DNA of 64,000 bases from an uncultured Bacteroidota bacterium. GTDB taxonomy: Bacteria; Bacteroidota; Ignavibacteria; UBA10030; UBA6906. The stretch lies in the NCBI GenBank assembly GCA_963700635.1, contig CAVOYH010000005.1, positions 1 through 64,000 on the forward strand, given 5' to 3'. The translations under genes and the position numbers were made by a program. Positions 19,766 to 30,430 of the stretch are shown one piece after another (positions within the stretch are counted from its first letter, which is position 1; the number at the start of each line of letters is the position of its first letter). The notes under the pieces were generated by a model that worked only from the letters and a program-made list of their open reading frames with translations, ran no database searches and had not been told where the DNA came from.

Positions 19766-21724
19766 GTGAACCAGGTTGTCCTTGTTGATGTGTTCGATAC
19801 CATTATCCATAGGAGCGTCCATCCCTTTTCGGTCATTGAACGGTGGGCTGACTTCATGGCGTGCTATTGTGATATCGCACTCTCAGCACCGGAGATCGCC
19901 CATATCCGTCGTATCGGATACCTTCGCCTTGTGGCCATGCATGAGGAGCCGACGTACAGACAGATGATGGAAGACCTCTACGAGAGACTGGTCATAGGCA
20001 GGCATCTCACTTCGGACACGGACCTCAACGCCTTCTTCCGGACCGCTCTGGATACGGAAACGGCGATCGAAATGAGATCTCATTTCCCGAATAAGCGGAT
20101 GATCTCCTTTCTGGAAGAGCGAAAAAAGCATGGTCTATCGATCCATTGCGTTTCCGATCACTATCTTCCGGAAGGGACGATCAGGCAGTTTCTTCAGAAT
20201 CTTGGTGCTGCACACCTGATCGATCGCATCTTCGTCTCATGTGACCACGCAGCGAACAAACGGTCGGGCCGACTTTACGATACGGTCCTGTCTGAATTGA
20301 AACTATCGGCGGAGGGAGTCCTGATGGTTGGCGACAATGCCCATTCGGACAGGGCTATGGCGAGGAAAGCCGGGATCCGGACTCTGACCGTTCGAAACAC
20401 GCCCTATCGGCTCAGGAACAAGATCGAACTTGTCGGGCGTCGATGCCGGCTATCCCGGAATCCTGCACGAAAGCACCTGCGAGATCTCTCCCGGACGGAT
20501 CGACCGTTTCTTGCGTACGCTCTGATCTATTATGCATTTACCGATCGATTGTATCGAAAGCTCAAAAAGGCACATGCCCGTTCGGTGATCTTTCTTGCGC
20601 GGGAAGGCTTGTTCCTGAAACAGTGCTTTGATCAGTACCAATCTGAGAATATCAGTCCATCTCAGCGGATCCGATCGGAATACCTCAGACTCTCCCGGAA
20701 GGCGTCTACCGGCCTCATGCTCGGGGAGCTCTCTGATGAAACATTCGAGGTGTTCGGTTCGATCAGTGTGCGGTCCTTCATTGAAACGTTGCCGTTTAAC
20801 GACGCGGAAGTTGACCGTGCAATGACCCTCTTCGCACATCAGGATGTCGATCGGGTCATCGAGGGATTCCACGGCTCACAGCAACTCCACGAGATCCGTG
20901 GCAACGCGGAGTTTCAGCGCCTCTATCACGATGCTGTCCTCCGCAACCGCACAGCGTTTCGCAAGTACATCCAGGGCATTCTTGGCGATGAGCGCAAGAT
21001 CTTCCTGGTGGATATCGGCTGGCGCGGGAAGATGCAATTGAACCTGCATCGGTTCACATCGTTGCCGACAGCAGCGTTCTATCTCGGATTTGAATTTGAG
21101 AACTGTCAACCGCAGGGCAATACCGCGGAAGGTCTCATCTTCTCGAGCTATCCCCGCTTGTCTCCCTTACACGGCATCCTGCAAAGTAACCGGCAGTTCT
21201 ATGAACAACTTGCAGCCGCGCCACATGGCGCCGCATGTTCGTATGTATTGAACGAACACGGCGACGTCGTGGTGCGGGAGCAGTGGCCCGACCAGGAGCG
21301 GCTCCTCTACGAGGGGACGGTTCAGGGGTACCAGGCGCAGATCGCAGCGGCATTTCACCGGCTCGGGCGGGATATTCGCCTCTCGCCGGAAGTTCATCTG
21401 GACAATACAATGCTCGCCCGCATCGTGATACGGTGTGGATTGAGCACGAAGCGAGCATTTCTTGAGTTTGCCAGCCTGCTTGATTCTTCATTTGCAGGGA
21501 ATTTCAGGCAGGAGACGAAGAATATCACATATTCGCCCGCAGGCGTCAGGATGGATGTCAAGGCACTTCTGTTCAGACCGGAAACGTATTTCAAGTATGC
21601 AGTCAAGTTCCCGCGCGTATTGCGCGCGAAAGGTCTGCAGATCGGCTACGTTCTCGTTCATTTGTACAGAACATACCTGGTACTGAACCTCCGTCTGCGG
21701 GAGTTGTTGGGAATGGCCTGTTGA
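19766..21724 (+). CDS. HAD phosphatase plus PRT-like domain protein; candidate glycan ribofuranosyltransferase
   Basis: DVFDT, K.SG.LY and GDN..SD HAD motifs; C-terminal half has FLAREG and VDIGWRG. Confidence 0.65.
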   Translation: MNQVVLVDVFDTIIHRSVHPFSVIERWADFMACYCDIALSAPEIAHIRRIGYLRLVAMHEEPTYRQMMEDLYERLVIGRHLTSDTDLNAFFRTALDTETAIEMRSHFPNKRMISFLEERKKHGLSIHCVSDHYLPEGTIRQFLQNLGAAHLIDRIFVSCDHAANKRSGRLYDTVLSELKLSAEGVLMVGDNAHSDRAMARKAGIRTLTVRNTPYRLRNKIELVGRRCRLSRNPARKHLRDLSRTDRPFLAYALIYYAFTDRLYRKLKKAHARSVIFLAREGLFLKQCFDQYQSENISPSQRIRSEYLRLSRKASTGLMLGELSDETFEVFGSISVRSFIETLPFNDAEVDRAMTLFAHQDVDRVIEGFHGSQQLHEIRGNAEFQRLYHDAVLRNRTAFRKYIQGILGDERKIFLVDIGWRGKMQLNLHRFTSLPTAAFYLGFEFENCQPQGNTAEGLIFSSYPRLSPLHGILQSNRQFYEQLAAAPHGAACSYVLNEHGDVVVREQWPDQERLLYEGTVQGYQAQIAAAFHRLGRDIRLSPEVHLDNTMLARIVIRCGLSTKRAFLEFASLLDSSFAGNFRQETKNITYSPAGVRMDVKALLFRPETYFKYAVKFPRVLRAKGLQIGYVLVHLYRTYLVLNLRLRELLGMAC

Positions 21725-22956
21725 TGCATCCACTGAATATTACACTGATATATCATTACAGCGGCCCTGAAAAGTACTGCGCCAGGTCAAGGCCGACGTA
21801 TCTTGCTCAGGAATGGGTAAGGCAGGGGCACAAGGTGACGATCATCGGCGCGTCGTATTCCCATCTCTGGCTCGGGACTCCATCCTTCAGTGGCGATCAT
21901 GCCGTGGAAATAGAGAAGGGTATTCAATACTATCTCCTGAAGACTCCCCGGTATACCGGGAATGGGATCGGCCGGATCATCAATATGCTGGTGTTCGTCC
22001 TCCGGCTCTGGCAGCGCGGACGGATGTTAGCGAACTGTCTGCACCCGGACATCGTGATAGCAGGTTCCACCCATACGCTGGATTTCCTTCCTGCTCTCCG
22101 CATCGCCCGGTTATCAAAAGGCACCATTGCGCGGGAGGTTCGTGACCTGTGGCCTCTCACGCTCACAGACCTGGGCGGATATGCACCGTTGAATCCGCTT
22201 GTCCTGCTCTTCAAGGCGGCAGAGAACGTGTCGTATCGCAGGGCCGACAAGATCATCACCACGTTGCCCAACTCCCTGGACTATATGAAGGAACGGGGGC
22301 TTCTTCCCGGAAACTGGAAGTACATCCCTCAGGGAGTGGATCTTGAACCTCAGGAGAGCGCAGAGCCTCCGGAGGCGGTTCAGGATGTGCTGCTCTGTCT
22401 CCGTGGAGAGGGTCGCTTTCTTGTCGGATACGCGGGTTCACACGGGATCGCCAATGGCCTGGATGTGCTGGTTGATGCCGCCCATCTGGTTCGCGACACG
22501 CGTGTTGCCTTTGTTCTGATCGGGCAGGGTGGTGAGAAGGATCGTCTGAAAAGAAGGACTGAAACTCTCGGGTTGACGAATGTTTATTTTCTCCCCGCTA
22601 TTCCAAAACAGAGTATTCCACAATTCCTTTCCCTGGTGTCTGTGGCTCTCATCGTATGGAGAAAGAAGCCATTGTACCGGTACGGGGTAAGCCCCAACAA
22701 GTTGATGGACTACATGCTTGCAGGAAAACCGATCATCCATGCGGTCGAGGCGAGCAATGATATGGTGGCTCAGGCGAATTGCGGGGTCACCGTTCCCCCT
22801 GAAGATCCCATCGCATTGGCGCAAGCTGTGCGGTCCCTGATGTCATCGACACCGGAAGAACTCGCAACGATGGGCCGGAGGGGATCGGAGTTCGTGCGAA
22901 CGCACAATGACTATCGTGTCCTGGCGCAGCAGTGTCTTGAGTTTCTGAGACAATGA
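21721..22956 (+). CDS. Glycosyltransferase family 4 (WbuB-like)
   Basis: EVRDLWP, YAGSHG.AN.L and SPNKLMDYM motifs. Confidence 0.9.
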   Translation: MMHPLNITLIYHYSGPEKYCARSRPTYLAQEWVRQGHKVTIIGASYSHLWLGTPSFSGDHAVEIEKGIQYYLLKTPRYTGNGIGRIINMLVFVLRLWQRGRMLANCLHPDIVIAGSTHTLDFLPALRIARLSKGTIAREVRDLWPLTLTDLGGYAPLNPLVLLFKAAENVSYRRADKIITTLPNSLDYMKERGLLPGNWKYIPQGVDLEPQESAEPPEAVQDVLLCLRGEGRFLVGYAGSHGIANGLDVLVDAAHLVRDTRVAFVLIGQGGEKDRLKRRTETLGLTNVYFLPAIPKQSIPQFLSLVSVALIVWRKKPLYRYGVSPNKLMDYMLAGKPIIHAVEASNDMVAQANCGVTVPPEDPIALAQAVRSLMSSTPEELATMGRRGSEFVRTHNDYRVLAQQCLEFLRQ

Positions 22957-22971
22957 GAGAGAATTGATCTC

Positions 22972-24066
22972 ATGCGGCTTGACATCATACCTGCGACAGA
23001 GACCCATGCGTGGATGCGCATACTGGGAGACTGCGAGAAGTTTGACTGCTACCATTTGCCCGGGTATCACCTTCTTTCAGAAGCGCAGGAAAACGGAACC
23101 GGTATGCTGTTTGTTTACCATGAGGATACGGCAATAGGGGCCTGGCCATTCCTGTTGCGTGAGATCTCAACGATCGAAGGCCTTGAGGTCTCCGGGGCCG
23201 GGTATCGTGACATGACTTCGGTATACGGATATCCGGGTCCGATCTGGAACGCAGAGGCAAAACGCCATGAGGGCTTCTTCACGCGCTTCCAGGAAGCTCT
23301 TGAAAAAGCTGCAAGAGAGATGCGCGTTGTTTCCATGTTCTCCCGCATGAGCCCGTTGCTCAGGAATGCTGACCGGATAGGAACTATCGGTGTCCTGGAG
23401 AGGATAGGACAAACAGTGTCAATAGACCTCACAGAACCCGAGGACGCCCAACTGCGGGCGTATCGGAAGGATCACCGGGATGGCATTCGCAGATCGGCCC
23501 GTCGGGGTTGTCAGGCCTTTCATGACGTTTCGATGGATCACTTTTGCACATTCATTTCTCTATACAACCAGACGATGACACGCGTGACTGCGGAGGTGGG
23601 TTATTTTTTTGATCAGGAGTATTTTACCGGCTTGCGTGCAACGATGGGTGAACATCTCCATCTCTTTGTTGCGACACTGGATAGCACGCCGTGTTCTGCT
23701 GGCCTGTTCATCCATACGGGCACTATCGTTCAGTTCCATCTGTCAGGAAGCACCGACGTGGGATTGAAGCATGGAGGGTCCAAACTGGTGGTTGAAGAAG
23801 CCCGGAAATGGGGAACTTCAGTCGGGGCTCGCTATCTGCACCTGGGAGGCGGAGTAGGCTCCCGGGAAGACAGTCTCTTCTACTTCAAGAGCGGCTTCTC
23901 AAGAGGACGGCACGATTTTCTGATCTGGAAGAACATCCTCCAGCCGGATCTGTACCACGAACTGGTCCGGACACACAAGGAACACCTTTCGGGTCAAGGA
24001 TATGATCTGCCCGACGACCACTTCTTCCCCGCTTACCGGGCGAATCCCGTCCGGAGGGTGATCTGA
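22972..24066 (+). CDS. FemAB-like GNAT acyltransferase
   Basis: SVYGYPGP, TVSIDL and LHLGGG...LFYFKSGF motifs. Confidence 0.75.
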   Translation: MRLDIIPATETHAWMRILGDCEKFDCYHLPGYHLLSEAQENGTGMLFVYHEDTAIGAWPFLLREISTIEGLEVSGAGYRDMTSVYGYPGPIWNAEAKRHEGFFTRFQEALEKAAREMRVVSMFSRMSPLLRNADRIGTIGVLERIGQTVSIDLTEPEDAQLRAYRKDHRDGIRRSARRGCQAFHDVSMDHFCTFISLYNQTMTRVTAEVGYFFDQEYFTGLRATMGEHLHLFVATLDSTPCSAGLFIHTGTIVQFHLSGSTDVGLKHGGSKLVVEEARKWGTSVGARYLHLGGGVGSREDSLFYFKSGFSRGRHDFLIWKNILQPDLYHELVRTHKEHLSGQGYDLPDDHFFPAYRANPVRRVI

Positions 24067-24088
24067 TGTTTGACCCGGACTGAAGGCC

Positions 24089-24754
24089 ATGTATCGAGAC
24101 CGTTTCAAGTTGGAATTGGATCGCATCATCGCGTTGTTGGCCCTTATTCTTCTGTCGCCCCTCCTGCTCGTGGTCTGGGTCATTCTCCGGATATCCCTCG
24201 GACCCAAAGTCATCTTCCGGCAGGAGCGTCCGGGGCTCTCCGGCAAGCCCTTTATGATCTGCAAGTTCCGAACCATGACCGATGCGCGGGACACCGATGG
24301 AAAGTTGCTGCCTGATGAACAGCGGGCCACCCGTATGGGACAACTCGTGCGCAGTCTCAGCCTGGATGAGTTGCCTGAGCTTGTCAATGTGCTGAAAGGG
24401 GAGATGAGTCTGGTCGGACCGCGGCCTCTTCTGATGCGGTATCTCCCGCGATACTCGAAAGAACAGGCACGCAGGCACGATGTGAGACCGGGGATCACCG
24501 GGTGGGCACAGGTGAACGGCAGGAACGACATCTCCTGGGATCTGAAACTAACAATGGATGTGTGGTATGTGGATCACCTGTCATTCCGTCTTGACATGTC
24601 TATCCTGGCGAAGTCGATCTGGAAAGTGCTTCGCCGCGATGGCATAGGCCAGGAGGGGCATTTTTCCTCTCCGGAATTCATGGGCTCCGGACCTCAGCCG
24701 GAGCCGTCAGAACAACCCGTTCCGCCATCTGCAACAAGGCGGATCATCCGTTAA
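24089..24754 (+). CDS. Initiating phosphoglycosyl transferase (PglC/EpsL-like)
   Basis: KFRTMTD, SLDELPEL, VGPRPLL and RPGITGWAQVNGRN motifs. Confidence 0.92.
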   Translation: MYRDRFKLELDRIIALLALILLSPLLLVVWVILRISLGPKVIFRQERPGLSGKPFMICKFRTMTDARDTDGKLLPDEQRATRMGQLVRSLSLDELPELVNVLKGEMSLVGPRPLLMRYLPRYSKEQARRHDVRPGITGWAQVNGRNDISWDLKLTMDVWYVDHLSFRLDMSILAKSIWKVLRRDGIGQEGHFSSPEFMGSGPQPEPSEQPVPPSATRRIIR

Positions 24755-24784
24755 CGAGGCTTCGATCATCTCCCGGTACGACAC

Positions 24785-25948
24785 ATGTCTACGACCTCCG
24801 CAGCTCCCGAACAGAAACGCATCTACCTCTCCCCCCCGCATCTGAATGGCAGGGAAAAGGAGTTGTTGCTTGATGCCTTTGACTCGAATTGGATAACCAC
24901 GCTCGGTCCACACGTGGAAGGGTTCGAACAGGATGTCTGCACCCGTTTCAACTTGGAAGCTGCTGTTGCGCTTACCAGTGGCACGGCCGGTCTTCACCTG
25001 GCTCTGCTGAATCTCGGTATCCGGTCGGGTGATGAGGTCTTCTGCTCGGATTTTACATTTGTCTCCACCGCAAATGCCATCACATACTGTGGAGCAACAC
25101 CTGTCCTGATCGATAGCGACCGGACGACGTGGAATATGGATCCTGCCTTGCTCGTAGAAGGGCTGCATGCCCGGACGAAGACAGGGAAACTCCCCAAAGC
25201 AGTGATCGTCGTGGATCTCTATGGCCAGTCGGCAGATTATGATCCGATTCTCAGTGCGTGTGCTCACTTTGGGGTCCCGGTCATAGAGGACGCCGCTGAA
25301 GCGATCGGAGCCACGTACAAAGGCAAACCCCTCGGTTCATTCGGCGAGATGGGTGTGTTTTCTTTCAACGGGAACAAGGTCATAACCACAAGCGGCGGCG
25401 GGATGCTGGTTTCAAAGAACAGAGACTACATAAAACGAGCGCGCTACCTGGCCACCCAGGCGCGCGACCCGCGGCCGTACTACCACCATACTGCCATTGG
25501 ATATAACTACCGGCTCAGCAATCTCCTCGCGGCGGTGGGGCGGGCGCAATTGGAGAATCTCGAAGACAAGGTCGCACGGCGGCGCGGGATCAGCGCGTTC
25601 TATGAGAACGCACTCTCGACAATCGACGGCATCGAGTTCATGCCTGAAGCGCCGTACGGGAGGTCCAACCGCTGGCTAACGTGCATCACCATCGATCCTT
25701 CCCGGACGGGCTTCACCAACGAAGCACTCCGGCTGCACCTGGAGAAACGTAATATCGAATCACGCCCCGTGTGGAAGCCCATGCATGTGCAACCGGTCTT
25801 TGCGCATTGTGAGTGCATCGGTGGAGTTGTTTCGGCGGACATATTCGCGCGGGGTCTTTGCCTCCCCTCAGGCTCGGGGATGACCGATGCAGACCTGGAT
25901 TGTGTGGTGAGTGCCATCATGCAGCACGCAAAAGGACGTGCTGATTGA
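24785..25948 (+). CDS. 4-keto sugar aminotransferase (PglE/EpsN-like DegT family)
   Basis: IYLSPPH, EDAAEA, SFNGNKVITTSGGG and ESRPVWKPMH motifs. Confidence 0.9.
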   Translation: MSTTSAAPEQKRIYLSPPHLNGREKELLLDAFDSNWITTLGPHVEGFEQDVCTRFNLEAAVALTSGTAGLHLALLNLGIRSGDEVFCSDFTFVSTANAITYCGATPVLIDSDRTTWNMDPALLVEGLHARTKTGKLPKAVIVVDLYGQSADYDPILSACAHFGVPVIEDAAEAIGATYKGKPLGSFGEMGVFSFNGNKVITTSGGGMLVSKNRDYIKRARYLATQARDPRPYYHHTAIGYNYRLSNLLAAVGRAQLENLEDKVARRRGISAFYENALSTIDGIEFMPEAPYGRSNRWLTCITIDPSRTGFTNEALRLHLEKRNIESRPVWKPMHVQPVFAHCECIGGVVSADIFARGLCLPSGSGMTDADLDCVVSAIMQHAKGRAD

Positions 25949-25981
25949 ACATCTTTCATTCTTTGAAAGGAGCGTAAGAAC

Positions 25982-27208
25982 ATGAGGCTTACCGGGTGGG
26001 CGGCGATGCTTCTTCTGCTGTTGGTACCGGGGACACAGGTTGCCGTGGGGCAATGGGTCAAATTGCCCACGCCTGTCTCGTCGGGAGATCACTGGTTCTT
26101 TGCGGGTTCAACGCAGCATCTGTATGCTGCATCCGTGGCAGGCGTCATGCTCTCCACAGATAATGGTGCGCAGTGGACGGATATCTGCAACGATCTTCCG
26201 GACACATACGTCACTGCAGTCACGGTGATCGGTGATACCGTTCTTGTCGGCACGCATGCCGGCAGTGCCTATCGGTCGGCCGATCACGGCGCGAGCTGGG
26301 CCGCAGCGGGTGCCGGGCTCTCATCAGCCGCCATCCGGGTCTTTGCGGTGTCGGGCCACACGGTGATCGCTTTTGTGGATTCCGGTGTATCGGTTTCCAC
26401 GGACCGGGGTACCAGCTGGACGTCCGTAAGCACGAATGCGGGATACGGCTTCGTGAACGATGTGATCATTGATGGGCCCCTGATACTCATCGGGACCGAC
26501 AAGGGGATCTTTCTTTCGACGGATCACGGAGTTCTCTGGACAGATGCTGGTGCGGGCCTGTCCAATACGGATGTGCGCACCTTCGCACGAAGGGGCGATA
26601 CTCTCTTCGCGGGTACGTATGGCGGCGGAGTGTTCAGGACGATCGGGTTTGGCGGAACCTGGGTCCCGATGAACGACGGGTTGAGCACGTGGAATACGCA
26701 CTCACTCATATCCAACGGCTCACATCTCTGGGTGGGGACATGTTACGGCGGGGTGTTTGTGTTCGATACCAACGAAGCACGCTGGAACCCATGCAGCCTG
26801 GGGCTCACAGGTGCCGGTCTTGACGTGCATGCCCTCGCCACGACCGCAAGCACCATCGTTCTCGGGACCATGGGAGAGATCTGGCTCCGGCCGCTGTCGG
26901 AGGTCTACACCTCTGTGGCATCCGGTTCGGCGGATGCGCCCGGGCAATTCTCCCTCTCTCAGAACTACCCCAATCCTTTCAATCCTTCCACGGAGATCAC
27001 CTTCTCCGTCGGGAAAGGCGGCCCTGCTTCGCTGAAGGTCCACGATGTGCTCGGCCGGGAGGTCGCAACGCTCTTCGATGGCCCCGCTGAAGATGGGAGG
27101 ATGTACAGGGTAGGATTTGATGGAAGGGGTGTGGCATCAGGCGTGTACGTGTACCGCCTCGTGAGCGGGGACAGGACTGATGTGAAGCGTATGGCATTGG
27201 TGCGCTAG
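25982..27208 (+). CDS. Secreted BNR/Asp-box beta-propeller protein with T9SS CTD
   Basis: Repeated STDxGxxW motifs; LSQNYPNPFNPST. Confidence 0.85.
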   Translation: MRLTGWAAMLLLLLVPGTQVAVGQWVKLPTPVSSGDHWFFAGSTQHLYAASVAGVMLSTDNGAQWTDICNDLPDTYVTAVTVIGDTVLVGTHAGSAYRSADHGASWAAAGAGLSSAAIRVFAVSGHTVIAFVDSGVSVSTDRGTSWTSVSTNAGYGFVNDVIIDGPLILIGTDKGIFLSTDHGVLWTDAGAGLSNTDVRTFARRGDTLFAGTYGGGVFRTIGFGGTWVPMNDGLSTWNTHSLISNGSHLWVGTCYGGVFVFDTNEARWNPCSLGLTGAGLDVHALATTASTIVLGTMGEIWLRPLSEVYTSVASGSADAPGQFSLSQNYPNPFNPSTEITFSVGKGGPASLKVHDVLGREVATLFDGPAEDGRMYRVGFDGRGVASGVYVYRLVSGDRTDVKRMALVR

Positions 27209-27631
27209 GTGGCCGATCCGCTTAGTCATGCCACACAGGGGGCGTTGATGATGCTCGCCCCCTTCATTGCACGGATCCGCAGGAAGCTGGTACTTGTGTC
27301 TCTCGCCGTGGTCGGGGGTATTCTGGGTGTCCTTCCCGACCTCATTGGCCTGTTCGGCATGATCTTCCCGCGTTTCGGAGAGGCATACGACAGCGCCCAT
27401 TCTGGTGCTCTCAGAGACTATCTGCAGTACATCCCCATGTATGCGCTGCATCTCGGCGTGGATTCTCTGACCCATGATCCCGACAGGCAATGGTACGGAT
27501 GGAATGTCCGCGTGTGGCTTCAGGCGCTAATGTGGATCATGAATATCGTGGTCATCATCTGGTTCGTCCGGATCTGGAAGAGGAATCGGAGCGAAGCTCA
27601 GAATGAAGGGACTCAGAGCGAGGCCTTCTGA
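27209..27631 (+). CDS. Membrane protein, YdjM-like metal-dependent hydrolase
   Basis: SH, LPD, HS and HL..D motifs within TM helices. Confidence 0.55.
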   Translation: MADPLSHATQGALMMLAPFIARIRRKLVLVSLAVVGGILGVLPDLIGLFGMIFPRFGEAYDSAHSGALRDYLQYIPMYALHLGVDSLTHDPDRQWYGWNVRVWLQALMWIMNIVVIIWFVRIWKRNRSEAQNEGTQSEAF

Positions 27632-27858
27632 ATGGTATTGGGCATCTGAAAACATGCTAGATCCCGCAGCATCCGACTCTTCAACCCTGGTTTCCTCCGT
27701 CGTTTCTTCCGTTTCAATAATTCTGGTGACGGAGCCCTATACGTCAAAGTCTTTGCCTTTTCACCCCCCTTTTTTGGCACGGTAGTGGTTTAGTTTTCTG
27801 TGGTCGATACCACGCCGCGCCCCAAACTCACCCTCACTTAGAATCATTGTGGTCGCCT

Positions 27859-28092
27859 ATGTCAAATCCACAGGATGTGCGCGAAAAAACGCGGATCGTG
27901 CAGGAACGGTATCGCCTCTGCGGGCAATGCGGTAACTTCTGTAGTGTTGAGGAGAATCAGATATACTGCATGATCTGCGGTGAGAAACTCATGGAAGAGT
28001 GCCCCCGATGCAAGGAACCGATCGTTTATCCGACCGCCCGCTTCTGTCCGGTGTGCGGGACTCTTCTGGTGCAGGTGCAAAATCTGAAGTAA
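27859..28092 (+). CDS. Zinc-ribbon (DZR-like) protein
   Basis: Four CxxC pairs. Confidence 0.7.
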   Translation: MSNPQDVREKTRIVQERYRLCGQCGNFCSVEENQIYCMICGEKLMEECPRCKEPIVYPTARFCPVCGTLLVQVQNLK

Positions 28093-28273
28093 AGGATAAG
28101 TGAGAGGCCACAGGTACGAAACGCAGTACATCCACACTATCTTCCCTCCCGCGACCGGTTTTCCGCTATCTCATCCGCGCTCCGATGCCTCCTGCAGAAG
28201 TCGGTGAGGACCCCCAAAATAAGAGCAGCGTCCATATGGACGCCGCTCGAGATAACCCGCCAACACCCCATGT

Positions 28274-30313
28274 TTATCCGTTCACAGCCACCGCAGGCTG
28301 CACCGCCGGGATAACCCCACCGATTTCCCGATCCCTACCTTCAGGTACATACTCCTGAGCCTGTGTGTACTGGGGTACGATCTGCTTGATGATGGCATTC
28401 ATCGATTCCGTATCCCCCTGGCCCGCAGCTTCGATCAGGGTCCCGACATCCATCCGCAGATCCGATTCGTACGGCATCTGTGTGCTCTTCGACCTGCGTG
28501 AGCCGTACTCCGCCGCAAAATTGTGATGAGATACCCTGATCTTGGAATGCGAGGTGGAGAGAATATCGTCGTTGTCGTAAAAGAGCTCTTCATACATCTT
28601 CTCTCCGGGCTTGAGGCCCGTGTACTCGATGCCGATCTCTTCTTCCGTATACCCGCTCAGTCGGATCACATCCCGCGCGACATCCACCACCTTCAACTGC
28701 TCTCCCATCTCCAGTACGAACACCTCTCCGCCTGTTCCCATGGATCCCGCCTGCAGAACAAGATGCACGGCCTCCGGAATCGTCATGAAGTACCGCGTCA
28801 CGTCCGGATGGGTCACCGTAACCGGTCCGCCCATGTCGATCTGATGCTTGAAGATGGGAACGACACTCCCGCGGCTTCCCAGCACGTTCCCGAATCGAAC
28901 AGTCACGAACCCCCGTCCCGTCCGGTTCGCGGCGTCCTGCACGATCAGCTCGGCGATCCGTTTGGTGACGCCCATGACGCTGGTGGGGTTCACTGCCTTG
29001 TCGCTGGAGATCAAGACGAATCGGCGGACGCCGTACTTTTCGGCAAGGGTCACCAGTACACGGGTCCCGAGTACGTTGTTCGTCACCGCATCGGGAAGAT
29101 TCTGTTCCATCAGCCAGACATGCTTGTGCGCGGCTGCGTGGAAGATGATCTGGGGCTTGTGCTTGAGAAAGATCTGCTGCATCCGCTCCATGTCCCGCAC
29201 ATCGGCCACGATCGGGGTTACGGTCATCCCGGAAACGGGGTGCTCTTCCAGTTCCTTCATGATATGGAAAACGGAGGTCTCGCCATGTCCCAGCAACAGG
29301 AGCTCGCTCGGCCTGAAGTTCTTTAGCTGCCGGACGATCTCGCTTCCGATCGACCCGCCCGCACCGGTCACCAGGACACGCGCGCCCGCGATAGCTGCGC
29401 GTACCGGATCGGGATTGGATTCGGCGACCTCCCGCCGCAACAGGTCTTCCAGCTGGATCTCACGAACGTTCACGACGCGTGCCACACCGCGCAGGATATC
29501 AAAGAGGCCGGGTGTGATCTTGCTCTGCACCCCCGCGTCCTTGCAGATCTGAACGATCCTGCGTATGACAAGTCCGGATACTGACGGCATCGCTATGATG
29601 ACCTCCTCGATCCCGTGTTCCTTGACCACCCAGGGAATGTCCTGGATCAGGCCGAAGACAGGCACCCCGCAGATCATCTTTGTGCATTTCTTAGGATCGT
29701 CATCGACGAAACCCACCGGGTCCATGCCGAGCTGCGGGTTGCTCTTAAGATCCCGCGCGACCATGATCCCGGCTGAACCCGCTCCCGCGATGAGCACCGG
29801 GCGTGTCCTGACGAGCTCCTGGTCCCGCCTGCTGATCAAGGCATGGATGACACGGATCGAAAAACGGACGCCCGTAACATGGAATGCCGTCAGCAGTGCA
29901 CTGAGTATGGGAATGGATCGCGGAAATCCATCAATGGGTAAACTGAGCGGAAGGACGATGAAGTAGAACAGGAATATCTCAAGGAATGCAACAAGGCCAA
30001 CGGCCCGGACGACGAGAAGAAGTTCATGGACGCTCGCGTAGGCCCACAGCGAACTGTACAAACCTGTACGGTGAAGAACGATGCACTTCAGCGCTATCAT
30101 GCCAACCGTGTAAAGTGCAACGATGCGCCAGAGTGAGAACAACTGGTCGGTGGATTCTGTCCGCAGGAGGATGGCCAGTGACGGAATGATCAGCAGGCCC
30201 ATGGCATCGATACCCATGAGGTACCGGTTGCGCAAGTGTGTCAGCTCACAGAGGTTGTTTTTCAAATCTTTGGGCCGGAAAAGACGCGAAGCGCCATTCC
30301 TTGCTTTTTCCAT
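28274..30313 (-). CDS. Membrane-bound UDP-GlcNAc 4,6-dehydratase (PglF/CapD/WbpM family)
   Basis: N-terminal TMs; GAGSAG, TGAGGSIGSE, HAAAHKHV, SSDKAVNP and RFGNVLGSRGSV motifs. Confidence 0.93.
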   Translation of the reverse strand: MEKARNGASRLFRPKDLKNNLCELTHLRNRYLMGIDAMGLLIIPSLAILLRTESTDQLFSLWRIVALYTVGMIALKCIVLHRTGLYSSLWAYASVHELLLVVRAVGLVAFLEIFLFYFIVLPLSLPIDGFPRSIPILSALLTAFHVTGVRFSIRVIHALISRRDQELVRTRPVLIAGAGSAGIMVARDLKSNPQLGMDPVGFVDDDPKKCTKMICGVPVFGLIQDIPWVVKEHGIEEVIIAMPSVSGLVIRRIVQICKDAGVQSKITPGLFDILRGVARVVNVREIQLEDLLRREVAESNPDPVRAAIAGARVLVTGAGGSIGSEIVRQLKNFRPSELLLLGHGETSVFHIMKELEEHPVSGMTVTPIVADVRDMERMQQIFLKHKPQIIFHAAAHKHVWLMEQNLPDAVTNNVLGTRVLVTLAEKYGVRRFVLISSDKAVNPTSVMGVTKRIAELIVQDAANRTGRGFVTVRFGNVLGSRGSVVPIFKHQIDMGGPVTVTHPDVTRYFMTIPEAVHLVLQAGSMGTGGEVFVLEMGEQLKVVDVARDVIRLSGYTEEEIGIEYTGLKPGEKMYEELFYDNDDILSTSHSKIRVSHHNFAAEYGSRRSKSTQMPYESDLRMDVGTLIEAAGQGDTESMNAIIKQIVPQYTQAQEYVPEGRDREIGGVIPAVQPAVAVNG

Positions 30314-30430
30314 CGTTGCACCACTTCCCGTTGTATTTTGCCGGAGCGGTCGCTACCGCCTGAATATCCAGGGGGGTGACCGGGAACAGAGGGGACAGGG
30401 GTCAATTGCCTCTCTCGCATCTGCAATGCT

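Noticed and set aside
27775-27790. TGGCACG upstream of the zinc-ribbon gene as a sigma54 promoter
   Set aside because: The -12 element reads GT instead of the conserved GC.
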